From a virus, in the IMG/VR virus record IMGVR_UViG_3300045988_066153, positions 1-54,337 of that record: 54,337 nucleotides of DNA; one strand, given 5' to 3'. This document shows positions 34,206-42,562 of this stretch, piece by piece (position 1 is the stretch's first letter; the number at the start of each line of letters is the position of its first letter). The notes beneath the pieces are model-generated. The model searched no databases, was not told where the DNA came from, and was given only the letters and a program-made list of their open reading frames with translations. Position numbers and translations under genes: made by a program.

Positions 34206-34341
34206 CCGTCACGCTATCGACTTATATCGGATTGTGCCGCGCCGAGAGCGTGCGGCTGACATTGAACGCTTTGTCCGTTGTTTCGGCATCGCAGCGAACG
34301 ACATCAACAAGCCGAAACAAGTTTGCGACAATCCGTCGTAG
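34168..34341 (+). CDS. Small basic hypothetical protein
   Basis: ATG 34168 is in frame within the 34114..34341 ORF. Last gene of the plus-strand cassette. Confidence 0.35.
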   Translation: MKNDIIKTRKKNSRHAIDLYRIVPRRERAADIERFVRCFGIAANDINKPKQVCDNPS

Positions 34342-34407
34342 GGCGATGTTCGACAAAAAAAGAGGATGCACGATATGTGCAACCCCTTTCGGTGTGTGGT
34401 GGTCTTG

Positions 34408-34893
34408 CTATCTTGGAATCAAGACCAGAGAGCAGTCAAGAGCCTCGCATAGGCTTAGTATCGTATTAAGACTTGCGTTAAGGTTGCCACTTTCAATCCG
34501 TGCTATATTGGAGCGTGCAACACCGCTCTTCTCACTGAGGGCGACTTGTGACATTTCTTTGCTCGTCCTCGCTTGTTTTAGTGCCTTGCATAGGCGCATC
34601 CGTGCCTCTGCCTCCGCCTTGCGCTTGCACACCTTGTGGTAGGTGTCCTCGTTATCAATCACTATCAGTCGGTATACATCATCATCACTCCATCCGTAGT
34701 CATCCTCCCACGTAGGGTTGTATCTGGGATCGGCGAAGTCAGCATAGGCTGACTTGTCCATTTCTATGAGCGTGTATTCGTTTTTTTCCAAATCCTTCTC
34801 GTCTACATCATCAACCCACTCTATGTCGTCTATTGTGACATATCCATATCTCGGTGTCTGCGTAAGGTAGCATACATCTGTAATTGTTGCCAT
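34408..34893 (-). CDS. XRE-family HTH protein with an acidic N-terminal domain
   Basis: The C-terminal MSQVALSEKSGVARSNIARIESGNLNASLNTILSLCEAL is HTH_3. The N-terminal ~95 aa are strongly acidic (WVDDVDEKDLE..., WEDDYGWSDDD). Confidence 0.7.
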   Translation of the reverse strand: MATITDVCYLTQTPRYGYVTIDDIEWVDDVDEKDLEKNEYTLIEMDKSAYADFADPRYNPTWEDDYGWSDDDVYRLIVIDNEDTYHKVCKRKAEAEARMRLCKALKQARTSKEMSQVALSEKSGVARSNIARIESGNLNASLNTILSLCEALDCSLVLIPR

Positions 34894-34929
34894 TTTCTTA
34901 TTCGTTTATGATTTTGTTGTTCAGTTGTT

Positions 34930-35187
34930 TTAGAAATGTAAATCTTCTTCTGCAATTTCTGCGATACCATTATCGTCGTAGATGTCTGCACGCTTGACAA
35001 TCATTGGCTGCATATCCATACCATCACATTCCACTACACATTCTGTGTTGTCTGTTTGGGCGAGGAGATTGATGATAGTATCTGCATAGTCGCTGCCTGT
35101 CTCATCGTTGCCAAACAGAGCTGCGATGTTCTCACGGATTTCGTCTGCTGCCCATTCTTCTTTCTTGTAGATGCTAAGTATTTTCAT
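34930..35187 (-). CDS. Small highly acidic protein (DNA-mimic / anti-restriction candidate)
   Basis: 85 aa with about 21 Asp/Glu and 6 Lys/Arg by my count. Confidence 0.55.
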   Translation of the reverse strand: MKILSIYKKEEWAADEIRENIAALFGNDETGSDYADTIINLLAQTDNTECVVECDGMDMQPMIVKRADIYDDNGIAEIAEEDLHF

Positions 35188-35255
35188 AGTTTCTTGTTGC
35201 GACTTTAACGACCTGCGCGGGTCGGTTGAGTTAGTGTTTTGTTTTATTTCTGCTA

Positions 35256-35263
35256 CAAAGATA
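35256..35263 (-). promoter_or_regulatory. Bacteroides-type -7 box (TATCTTTG on the minus strand)
   Basis: Plus-strand CAAAGATA lies 69 nt upstream of the ATG at 35187 and downstream of the TMP terminator. Confidence 0.4.
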
Positions 35264-35330
35264 ATACCCTTGTGTCATATATGCAACACTTTGCCCAACA
35301 AAATACACAACGTTAACACTTTTTAGCAAA

Positions 35331-35370
35331 TACAGACAAAATAAGGTGTAGCATAGATGTGCCACACCTT
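35331..35370 (-). terminator. Terminator of the late (head and tail-tube) operon
   Basis: AAGGTGT...ACACCTT hairpin at 35343-35370, followed on the minus strand by ATTTTGTCT. It lies 20 nt after the TMP stop. Confidence 0.6.
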
Positions 35371-35389
35371 ACTATATACATATAGCGTG

Positions 35390-38300
35390 TTATAAGCTCG
35401 TCTTCACCTTCTTCTCTATGCTCTCGAGTATTGGCAGCATCTTCTTGTTGATAGCCGTATTCTCGCTGATGGTTCGCAATTCAAGCAACCCCTCTGCAAG
35501 GATTGTCCGAGCATCGTTATGGATATTGTACGTGTCACGGACGATGGAGAGCATCCCGGACAAAGAGCCGGAAATCTCAGTAATTCTTTGGTATTGGTTC
35601 TGAGCTGTTACCTGGAGCATCGTAAAGCGACCGCTCAATTCCTCGGCAGTGTCCTGCGACATCGCTTCAAAACCGCCCGAATCACCGCTTTGCTGGGATG
35701 ATTCCCCATAGCCGGTGATGTCCATAATCTTGTCAGCCTCCTCTTTGGCGGCGGCACTCATCGCCGCATAGTCCTTCTTGATTTGCTCGATACGCTGCTG
35801 CTCGTTGTCACTTCCGATGGCTTCAGCCATATCGTCGAGCACCTTTTGGAGCTTGTCCTTGTAATTCTTGTTCACCATCTGAGTGACCAAAGCGTTGGCA
35901 AACATCTTGTTGACATCGTTGGCAAAATCCTTGGCGGAATAATCCATATCCATAAGGTTGCTGATAAAGTTTTCCTTCATCGAATCAAAAGAGATTCCCG
36001 TCAATGATTCCTTCAACGAGTTCTTGACTTCTTCGGACTGCTCTCCTATCTCGATAATTTTGTCAAGATAGTCGCGGGCGTCGCTGTCAAGCCGCGCCCA
36101 CACCTCCGGAGCCGTGGTCTTCAGTTTCTCCAACTGCTCGGACGTGAGGTTGAACAAGCCTTCCATACGCCCGTAGATAACATCGTTGTAATTTGCGCCG
36201 GCGGCTGCCAACCCTGCCTGGAACTGACGCATCAGAGCGGAGTCTTCCATCAACGTTTTTTTGATGCGGATACCTATGGAGTGCGAGCCTGCCGACGCGC
36301 CGGAGTTAAGCCTTGTCTTTCCAAGATTACGATAAGCCTGCGCTTCCTTTTCAAGCATACTGATGGTTTCTGCGGTTGCCTTGCGTGCCTCGTCCGCGTA
36401 TGACGTTTTGATATATTCCTTCTTCTTGGCTATGACATCGTCCCATACTTCCGACAAGGCTTCAACCGCTTTCTTCTCCTCATTGTACTTGTCGTAATTG
36501 GCGCCGAATAGCGACATTATTTTCGTGGCAATCTGGAATGCGGCAGAAACGACCTGTAGGATGATGGAAGCCTTCTCCACCGCCTCTATGGCGGTTTTGG
36601 CGGCTTGGGAGGAGGCTTTTATCCCCTCGGTGGAGTATGTGGCAAGGGAAACGATGCCGTTGACCATCGACAGCACCGACACGGAGAACTCTGATGTCGT
36701 CTTTATGATGTCGCCCATAACACCGCCTACGGAATCGCCTATCTCCTGGAACTTCTGATTCGCGCTGTCAAGAGCCTCGGAAAGTTTCTGCCACTGCTCT
36801 ATAGTCCGCTTCTTGGGCGGTGTGTCCGCCTCCTCCCTCGCTTTCTGAATCTTCTTGTCCTTCAATGCGGCGAGCAGCGTCTTTATCGCGGCGCCGAGAG
36901 TGGCTAAATCAGAGGAGGACGCACCGGCATCATTTTTCATCTCGTCAAGCTTTTTCTCCGCTTCAGCAAGCATATTCTCCAATTGTTCAATGGAGAAGGA
37001 GGCAACAGTGTTCGCCCATATCTCGAAATCCTCCTTGCGCATCGCAAACTCCGTGTCGAGGCTTTCAATAGCCTCCGCACGTTGCCGCTTGACTTCTTCC
37101 AATGACGCGGATTCTTCCTCCGAGCCTGTCTTGCCTTTCTTCTTATATTTCGCCCGGATGTCCGCCTCTGCCTGCAAATACTTTTCCTCTATGTCCTTGC
37201 GCTTCTCGGTGTACCCTTTGTATTGGTCAAGAGCCTTGTTGAGAGCCGCTGTGTCCTCTGCGGTGTTGACCGCCTTTTGATTGTCTTTCCGTTTACCGTA
37301 CAAGTCAATCACCGAGGCGACCTGTCCCCGTTGCTCGTCGGTGGCGTTCTTATCCCAATCGAACGCCTTGGGGACATACTTCTTGTGTTTCTCCTTTTCC
37401 TCGTTCTCACGGGCATCCCATTCAGCCTTCGCCGCCGCCTTTATTGCCGCAACCATATCCTCTTGCTCGCGGTCAAGGTCGCGCAGAACCTTCTGATGGT
37501 TCAAGGTGCGCAACTGCTGTTCTTTGTCGAAGCCGTCCTGCATAGCATTGATTCGGGCAAGGTCGGTTTCATATTGCAAATCCTCCTCCTTGCGCTTCAA
37601 GTCTTGTGCGTTCTTTTCCACTGTGTCTACCGTGCGCTGATGAGCGGAACGGAGCCGCGCCTGCCTTTCCTCCGCTGACTCGACAGGTGACGTGCTTCGT
37701 GTAGTGGTCTTGGTGGAAGTGTCTCCGCCCAATGCCTCAAACGCTTTCTTGTTATCATCCAAGTCTTGCTTGGCTTTCTTGTAAGCCTCAGCAGTGTACG
37801 AGGATTTGTTTTTCTCCATATCGGACACAAGCTTCCTTGCGTCTTTCCACGCCTTTTCCGCATCCGCGAAAGCTTTGCCATAACTGTCGTTGGCGATGCC
37901 TTTCAACCGGTTGCGGAGACGTTCTATAAACGATTCAAGGCGCGATGCCTCCAACTGCACTGAGATTGTCAAAGGGTTCGCATTCGTGATTTCATTCATT
38001 CTGCCTTTCAACGCTTGGAACCAGTTCTGCGGTTTCTCCTTGGTGACAATATCGGTGATGACGGTGAACGCATTGCCCTTCATCTTCGCCTTCAACGCAT
38101 CGAGTTCCTTGCTGTAGTCGCCAATAGCCTTCTGCGTTTTTTCCGCCGAATTGTACGTTTTCTCGAATGCCTCCTGTTCTTTTCTCTGCGTGTCCGCAAG
38201 GCTGGCGGCTTTCATCCGCGCGGATGCTTCCTCATAGACATTCGCGGTGGCGGCAACCTTGCCTTCAACAAGGACAAGAGCGTCTTTCAGTTCCGCCGCC

Positions 38301-40045
38301 TCCCCTTTCAATGTCTGTGATATGTCTGCGCCCGAACTCTGTAAGGCTGAATACGCTTCTTTTAATTTCGCGACAATGGCTTCCGCCTCTTCGGGGGTTG
38401 TATCAATGCGGTCTCTCAAACTTTTTCCAACGCTTTCCCAAGAACCCCAATCGCTAATCGACCCGCTGGCCTTGCGCAGTGCGTCCAAATAGCCTTTCCA
38501 TCTTTCGGCGTCTGCCTCAAGTTTGGCAAGTTCGGCATCGTCTATGAGCCGCGGCTTCGCTCCGTCTTCTTTCAAAGCCTTGGTCATCTCGTCAAGATCT
38601 TTGTATTTAGCCACAAGGTCCGGCATAGATTTCTTCAACGCCTCATAAGCCTCCAAACGTTCGTATGTGGATTTAGTCTCGTCGGTGGCTGTGCCGATAA
38701 GCGATTGTATCTTTTGACGATAGTCTTCAATGGCTTTCTTTTGCGCTTCTATCGCATCATTTGTCGCCTTCGTGACTTTTTCCGCCCGGGACTCCGCAGT
38801 TACCATCTCAAAAACGGCAACCGTCAATGCCGCCACCGCAAGAGCCGCCATTGTGTAGGGATTGGAGGCAAGCGCCGCCGTCACCCCTTTTATCGCCTTG
38901 ACCAAACCCTGCTGCGCCAATGTCAGCAGTTTTGTCCGAGCGGTGGCAAGTGCCTCCGCATTGCTCAACGCTCTGCCTTGTGCCGCCGCCAACTGCTTCT
39001 CGCGTGCGGCTTGACGGAGTACCGCCATATTCACACGCTGGATGGCGGTAAGCGTAATCAATGCGGCTTTGTAGGCGCCGTATGCCGTCACAAGCGCGCC
39101 TATCTGGCGACCGACTTCTTGATAATTCTCCACAAGATACGACACCCCGGACAATGCCGTGTCGATGACTCCCTCGGACTGCTGACCCATCTTGTTGAAC
39201 ATCATAGCCACTGCATCTTCGATATTGCTTATCTGTCCGGTGATTGTCTTTGATTGAGCCGCCATCAAGCCTCCGAATTTTCCGCCCTCGGCAGCCATTC
39301 CGTCAATCGCTTTCTTGAACACGTCGGCGGTCACCTTGCCGGCGGTGACAAGACCGGCAACCTCCTGCTCTGCGACACCCATCACCTTGGCTATCTCCTC
39401 CGCCATCGGAATGCCTCGCCCCATAAACTGGCGCATATCCTGAGTGAACATTCTCCCTTGTGTGACCGTCGTTCCGTAGAGATACACCAAATCCCCCAAA
39501 GGAAGCGACAAGCCTGCCGCTATGTCGCCGAGCTTAATCAACGTGTCGTTGACATCTTCGGCAGCCGTTCCATAGGCGAGCAACTGCTTGGCGCCCTGTG
39601 CCACGCTCTGCAGGTCAAACGGAGTGGTGGCGGCGGTGCGCACCAATTGGTTCATCAGCTTGCTCGCTTTCTCGCCGCTGCCGAGCATTGTCTTGAATGC
39701 AACCTCCAACTGCTGGAACTGACCGCGGACATTGACGACCTCCATAACGAAGTCCTTTATCTTGTCCACGGCGAACGCCCCCGCGACACCCGCCGCTATT
39801 TTTGTCAGCGCATCGTCAATCATTCCACCCTCGGTGACAAACGTGGCTCCGGCATCCGCCGCCGCTTTCTTCATCTCGCTGAAACGTGTCGTCGTCTGCC
39901 GCAACTTGTCGTTGACCTCGGAGAATTTCCCTGGATTAAGACTGCTGTTGATGCCTTTCAGTTCCGATTTAAGCTTGTCTATCTCTTGTCTTAGGCGAAG
40001 GACTTCCTCATAGTCCGCCTCCACCTTGAATGCCAGTACTGCCAT
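35390..40045 (-). CDS. Tail tape measure protein
   Basis: 1551 aa, alpha-helical and A/E/K-rich, with the TP901-type core ATTPFDLQSVAQGAKQLLAYG. It lies directly after the G/GT chaperone genes. At about 1.5 Angstrom per residue it predicts a tail of roughly 230 nm. Confidence 0.9.
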   Translation of the reverse strand: MAVLAFKVEADYEEVLRLRQEIDKLKSELKGINSSLNPGKFSEVNDKLRQTTTRFSEMKKAAADAGATFVTEGGMIDDALTKIAAGVAGAFAVDKIKDFVMEVVNVRGQFQQLEVAFKTMLGSGEKASKLMNQLVRTAATTPFDLQSVAQGAKQLLAYGTAAEDVNDTLIKLGDIAAGLSLPLGDLVYLYGTTVTQGRMFTQDMRQFMGRGIPMAEEIAKVMGVAEQEVAGLVTAGKVTADVFKKAIDGMAAEGGKFGGLMAAQSKTITGQISNIEDAVAMMFNKMGQQSEGVIDTALSGVSYLVENYQEVGRQIGALVTAYGAYKAALITLTAIQRVNMAVLRQAAREKQLAAAQGRALSNAEALATARTKLLTLAQQGLVKAIKGVTAALASNPYTMAALAVAALTVAVFEMVTAESRAEKVTKATNDAIEAQKKAIEDYRQKIQSLIGTATDETKSTYERLEAYEALKKSMPDLVAKYKDLDEMTKALKEDGAKPRLIDDAELAKLEADAERWKGYLDALRKASGSISDWGSWESVGKSLRDRIDTTPEEAEAIVAKLKEAYSALQSSGADISQTLKGEAAELKDALVLVEGKVAATANVYEEASARMKAASLADTQRKEQEAFEKTYNSAEKTQKAIGDYSKELDALKAKMKGNAFTVITDIVTKEKPQNWFQALKGRMNEITNANPLTISVQLEASRLESFIERLRNRLKGIANDSYGKAFADAEKAWKDARKLVSDMEKNKSSYTAEAYKKAKQDLDDNKKAFEALGGDTSTKTTTRSTSPVESAEERQARLRSAHQRTVDTVEKNAQDLKRKEEDLQYETDLARINAMQDGFDKEQQLRTLNHQKVLRDLDREQEDMVAAIKAAAKAEWDARENEEKEKHKKYVPKAFDWDKNATDEQRGQVASVIDLYGKRKDNQKAVNTAEDTAALNKALDQYKGYTEKRKDIEEKYLQAEADIRAKYKKKGKTGSEEESASLEEVKRQRAEAIESLDTEFAMRKEDFEIWANTVASFSIEQLENMLAEAEKKLDEMKNDAGASSSDLATLGAAIKTLLAALKDKKIQKAREEADTPPKKRTIEQWQKLSEALDSANQKFQEIGDSVGGVMGDIIKTTSEFSVSVLSMVNGIVSLATYSTEGIKASSQAAKTAIEAVEKASIILQVVSAAFQIATKIMSLFGANYDKYNEEKKAVEALSEVWDDVIAKKKEYIKTSYADEARKATAETISMLEKEAQAYRNLGKTRLNSGASAGSHSIGIRIKKTLMEDSALMRQFQAGLAAAGANYNDVIYGRMEGLFNLTSEQLEKLKTTAPEVWARLDSDARDYLDKIIEIGEQSEEVKNSLKESLTGISFDSMKENFISNLMDMDYSAKDFANDVNKMFANALVTQMVNKNYKDKLQKVLDDMAEAIGSDNEQQRIEQIKKDYAAMSAAAKEEADKIMDITGYGESSQQSGDSGGFEAMSQDTAEELSGRFTMLQVTAQNQYQRITEISGSLSGMLSIVRDTYNIHNDARTILAEGLLELRTISENTAINKKMLPILESIEKKVKTSL

Positions 40046-40046
40046 T

Positions 40047-40622
40047 GCTATTCATCAAATTTTATGTGTAAATCATCCTCGGACACCTCGCGCATGACGC
40101 CATCATAGGCAATGCGCGCCTTGTCCTTGCTCATAATCACAAGATTGCGGTATGGAATCTCGTTGACAACCTGCCCGTATGTGAGATGGAGGGAGTCCAT
40201 GAATGACGCAATCTGTCCGAGTAGGCAGTCGTTGCCTATCGTTTCTGCCTTGCTATCAGCCCTGCTACATTCCTCGCCAAAGTCGATAGCTTCAAAAAAT
40301 TTACAGTGGAAACAAGGCTGTAAGCCGCTTCTATCCCCAACACTACGTCCTCGAAAGGGGCGTCGAGAAATTCCTCGGTAAGGCTCTCGTCACCGGCGAT
40401 GAACCACGACAGCGCATGTGCCGCATTGTCGCTGGAGAGCATTTTCAGAACCTCGGAAATACCTACATTGTCGCCCGGACGCAAGTCGGAAAGCCAAAGC
40501 CCGGCGCCCGCGAGTTTGCGTATGGTGGGAGGCTCTACCACATAGACCTTGTCGTTTACTATCACATTGACGGCGTCCGCCCCCAGAACGGCGCTCGCCA
40601 CTATTTTTGCCGCATCTTTCAT
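40047..40622 (-). CDS. Tail assembly chaperone GT (-1 frameshift fusion product)
   Basis: The -1 frame is open from the slippery site to TAG at 40047-40049 (...NFFEAIDFGEECSRADSKAETIGNDCLLGQIASFMDSLHLTYGQVVNEIPYRNLVIMSKDKARIAYDGVMREVSEDDLHIKFDE). That stop abuts the TMP start. Confidence 0.65.
40236..40622 (-). CDS. Tail assembly chaperone G
   Basis: It lies between the tube and TMP genes and contains a slippery heptamer near its 3' end. The track ORF starts at TTG 40667; the first ATG is at 40622. Confidence 0.7.
   Translation of the reverse strand: MKDAAKIVASAVLGADAVNVIVNDKVYVVEPPTIRKLAGAGLWLSDLRPGDNVGISEVLKMLSSDNAAHALSWFIAGDESLTEEFLDAPFEDVVLGIEAAYSLVSTVNFLKLSTLARNVAGLIARQKR
40293..40299 (-). 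other. Programmed -1 ribosomal frameshift slippery heptamer U UUU UUG
   Basis: Plus-strand CAAAAAA is TTTTTTG on the coding strand. The zero frame reads AAT TTT TTG, which fits X XXY YYZ. Confidence 0.65.
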
Positions 40623-40692
40623 AAGAAAACAAAACGGCGGGAAAGGAAGAACCTCGCCCGCCGCCAACCTAACACTATTACAAACTAAAAAA

Positions 40693-41226
40693 CTATTCTG
40701 CTGCGTCTACCTTCGCACCGTCGAACCAATACTCATCCTTCACCGCGTCGGTGGGGTTGTCCATAGCGACGGCGGAAACACCGAGTCCCATATTCTTCTC
40801 GGCCATCGTTGTCTTTCCGACAATACCGGCGTATGTGAACACCACATAGTGTCCGGTCTTCGTCTTTGCAACGATTCCCTTGTATATGAGTTCCGGGTTG
40901 TCCGGAGCCTCCCAGCCGTCACCGTCCCCGGCGCCCACGAGTTTGCCGCCCTGAAGCGCCACCTTGTCTTTGAAGGCATACTCACCCATAGTGAAGGTGA
41001 TTGTCTTGTTGCCCTCGCTCTTGATGTCGCGGTAGTACGGCTTTCCCGTCAGTTCGTTGGTGTAGTCGTCCACACTCGGATCGTCCTGCGTATACTGGAA
41101 CGTGTCCTGATGCGAGTTCTTCACCTCGGTCGCTGTTTTGAGCCACGTTTTAAGCGTAGCCGCAGTGACGGCGGCGGAAAACACATCGCCGTACCAAATC
41201 TGCTTAATTCCTATAAATGGTTTCAT
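40693..41226 (-). CDS. Major tail (tube) protein
   Basis: 177 aa, beta-rich, immediately upstream of the G/GT chaperone and TMP. Confidence 0.75.
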   Translation of the reverse strand: MKPFIGIKQIWYGDVFSAAVTAATLKTWLKTATEVKNSHQDTFQYTQDDPSVDDYTNELTGKPYYRDIKSEGNKTITFTMGEYAFKDKVALQGGKLVGAGDGDGWEAPDNPELIYKGIVAKTKTGHYVVFTYAGIVGKTTMAEKNMGLGVSAVAMDNPTDAVKDEYWFDGAKVDAAE

Positions 41227-41227
41227 A

Positions 41228-41617
41228 TCAATCTATATTTAAAACCTCAAACAATATTCTCACATTCACATAATGACAGCGCATCTGCGTGTCATTCTCC
41301 ACCCCAATGGTGTCCCAGGTATAATGATACGGAGTGCCGTCAAATTCCCCGACAATGCCCTTGAACCTGTCCTGCGCCTCTCTCGCAAGCACGTCGATGC
41401 GGATTTTGTCCGCCTGTCCGTTCTTGTCGGGAACGCAGATGTTGACATCGCAGAAGGACTTGTTCCAAATCTTTTCGGTTTGCAAAGGCTTGGAATGGAC
41501 TACGATGCGCTCGGCGGTGATTTCCCCCTCCGGTACATTGCCGTAAGGGAAGACCTCGACACCGAAAGTGGCGCAGTCCTTGTAGAGAATCTTTTCTATG
41601 TCGGAAACCGTTATCAT
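41228..41617 (-). CDS. Tail terminator / tail completion protein (by position)
   Basis: 129-aa ORF directly upstream of the tube gene. Confidence 0.4.
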   Translation of the reverse strand: MITVSDIEKILYKDCATFGVEVFPYGNVPEGEITAERIVVHSKPLQTEKIWNKSFCDVNICVPDKNGQADKIRIDVLAREAQDRFKGIVGEFDGTPYHYTWDTIGVENDTQMRCHYVNVRILFEVLNID

Positions 41618-41937
41618 TTCTCAAATTTTTCTTTCAATTGTCGCTCCGCATACAGCGCGGCGCCGCTCAGCACGTCAAATCCTTTGGCTTCTACATTGGA
41701 CGCGTAATTGTATCCGCCGGGGGATTCGGCATCGTTGTAGAGCGTCAAGGTTCTCTCGTCAACATCGTATTTGTTCGAGCGTCTCAGCGTGCCTGTGTGG
41801 TCTTGGTAATTGCCGTTTGCCTTGGCGTACTCGACCGCCTCGGCTCCTGCGTCAATCATCTCCTTCTGCACTTCCCACTCCCCGTCTTGGAAGAAGTCAT
41901 CAACATCGGAGAAGTCCGTTTCCACAGTCACATCCAT
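41614..41937 (-). CDS. HK97 gp10-like head-tail joining protein
   Basis: Matching size and position. The ...NGNYQDHTGTLRRSNKY segment resembles the gp10-family TG.L..S motif. Confidence 0.45.
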   Translation of the reverse strand: MDVTVETDFSDVDDFFQDGEWEVQKEMIDAGAEAVEYAKANGNYQDHTGTLRRSNKYDVDERTLTLYNDAESPGGYNYASNVEAKGFDVLSGAALYAERQLKEKFEK

Positions 41938-42248
41938 AATTCGGAATAGCTCAAATAATTCGTATGTTTGACCATAGACACCTCACCGCAGCCGCGCACC
42001 TCGCCGCCGTCCATAACACGGATGTAGTCGCCGGCTTTGACATCAGCCTTGCCGGGACACACAACGTGATAGTCGGGGCGGAACACCTCACCGTTGTCCG
42101 TCGTGAGATTCTGTGTGGTGTTGTCGTCGCACCTGCAGGCGCAGACCGTTTCCCACCGCTCGTCTGTCACGGGGATGATGCGCCCGTACTCGTCGCGTGA
42201 TGAAGCGGAAGCAATGCGTTTCTGCAATATGTGCGGTGTGTACATCAT
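41928..42248 (-). CDS. Head closure / head-tail adaptor protein (by position)
   Basis: 106-aa ORF in the connector block. Overlapping starts and stops. Confidence 0.4.
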   Translation of the reverse strand: MMYTPHILQKRIASASSRDEYGRIIPVTDERWETVCACRCDDNTTQNLTTDNGEVFRPDYHVVCPGKADVKAGDYIRVMDGGEVRGCGEVSMVKHTNYLSYSELWM

Positions 42249-42562
42249 AGGAATCTCACTTTCGGTTTGTCGGTGTTGAGTTCATCGGTCAGCCCATATT
42301 TGCGGCAGAGGAAAGCATAGTACTCTTTCATCCCCTCCACGTTCCAGGACATGGAGAAACCGCTCTCGCTGACCGACGTGGCACGCATAAGCAGCATAGG
42401 AATGACCGAGGCAAGACCGATGTTCACGCGGACGTAATTGTCGCTCTCTACCTCGTCACCGCCGTCGATGCCTGCGGAAAGGCACACATCAAGAAGTTCA
42501 GCCTCCGACATTGCCACGCCGAAGGTCTGAAGCCTCTGTGATATGTAGTCCTTCACATTCAC
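42245..42562 (-). CDS. Head-tail connector protein (by position)
   Basis: 105-aa ORF. Its GTG start overlaps the capsid gene stop (GTGA). Confidence 0.4.
   Translation of the reverse strand: MNVKDYISQRLQTFGVAMSEAELLDVCLSAGIDGGDEVESDNYVRVNIGLASVIPMLLMRATSVSESGFSMSWNVEGMKEYYAFLCRKYGLTDELNTDKPKVRFL

Noticed and set aside
39254-39994. 246-aa plus-strand ORF, and several others at 35418-39253, inside the tape measure gene
   Set aside because: All are antisense to the 1551-aa TMP ORF. They are low-complexity, Arg/Leu/His-rich products with no promoter or operon logic.
40549-41364. 271-aa plus-strand ORF spanning the chaperone and tube genes
   Set aside because: It is antisense to three well-supported minus-strand genes and crosses their boundaries, so it is a shadow ORF.
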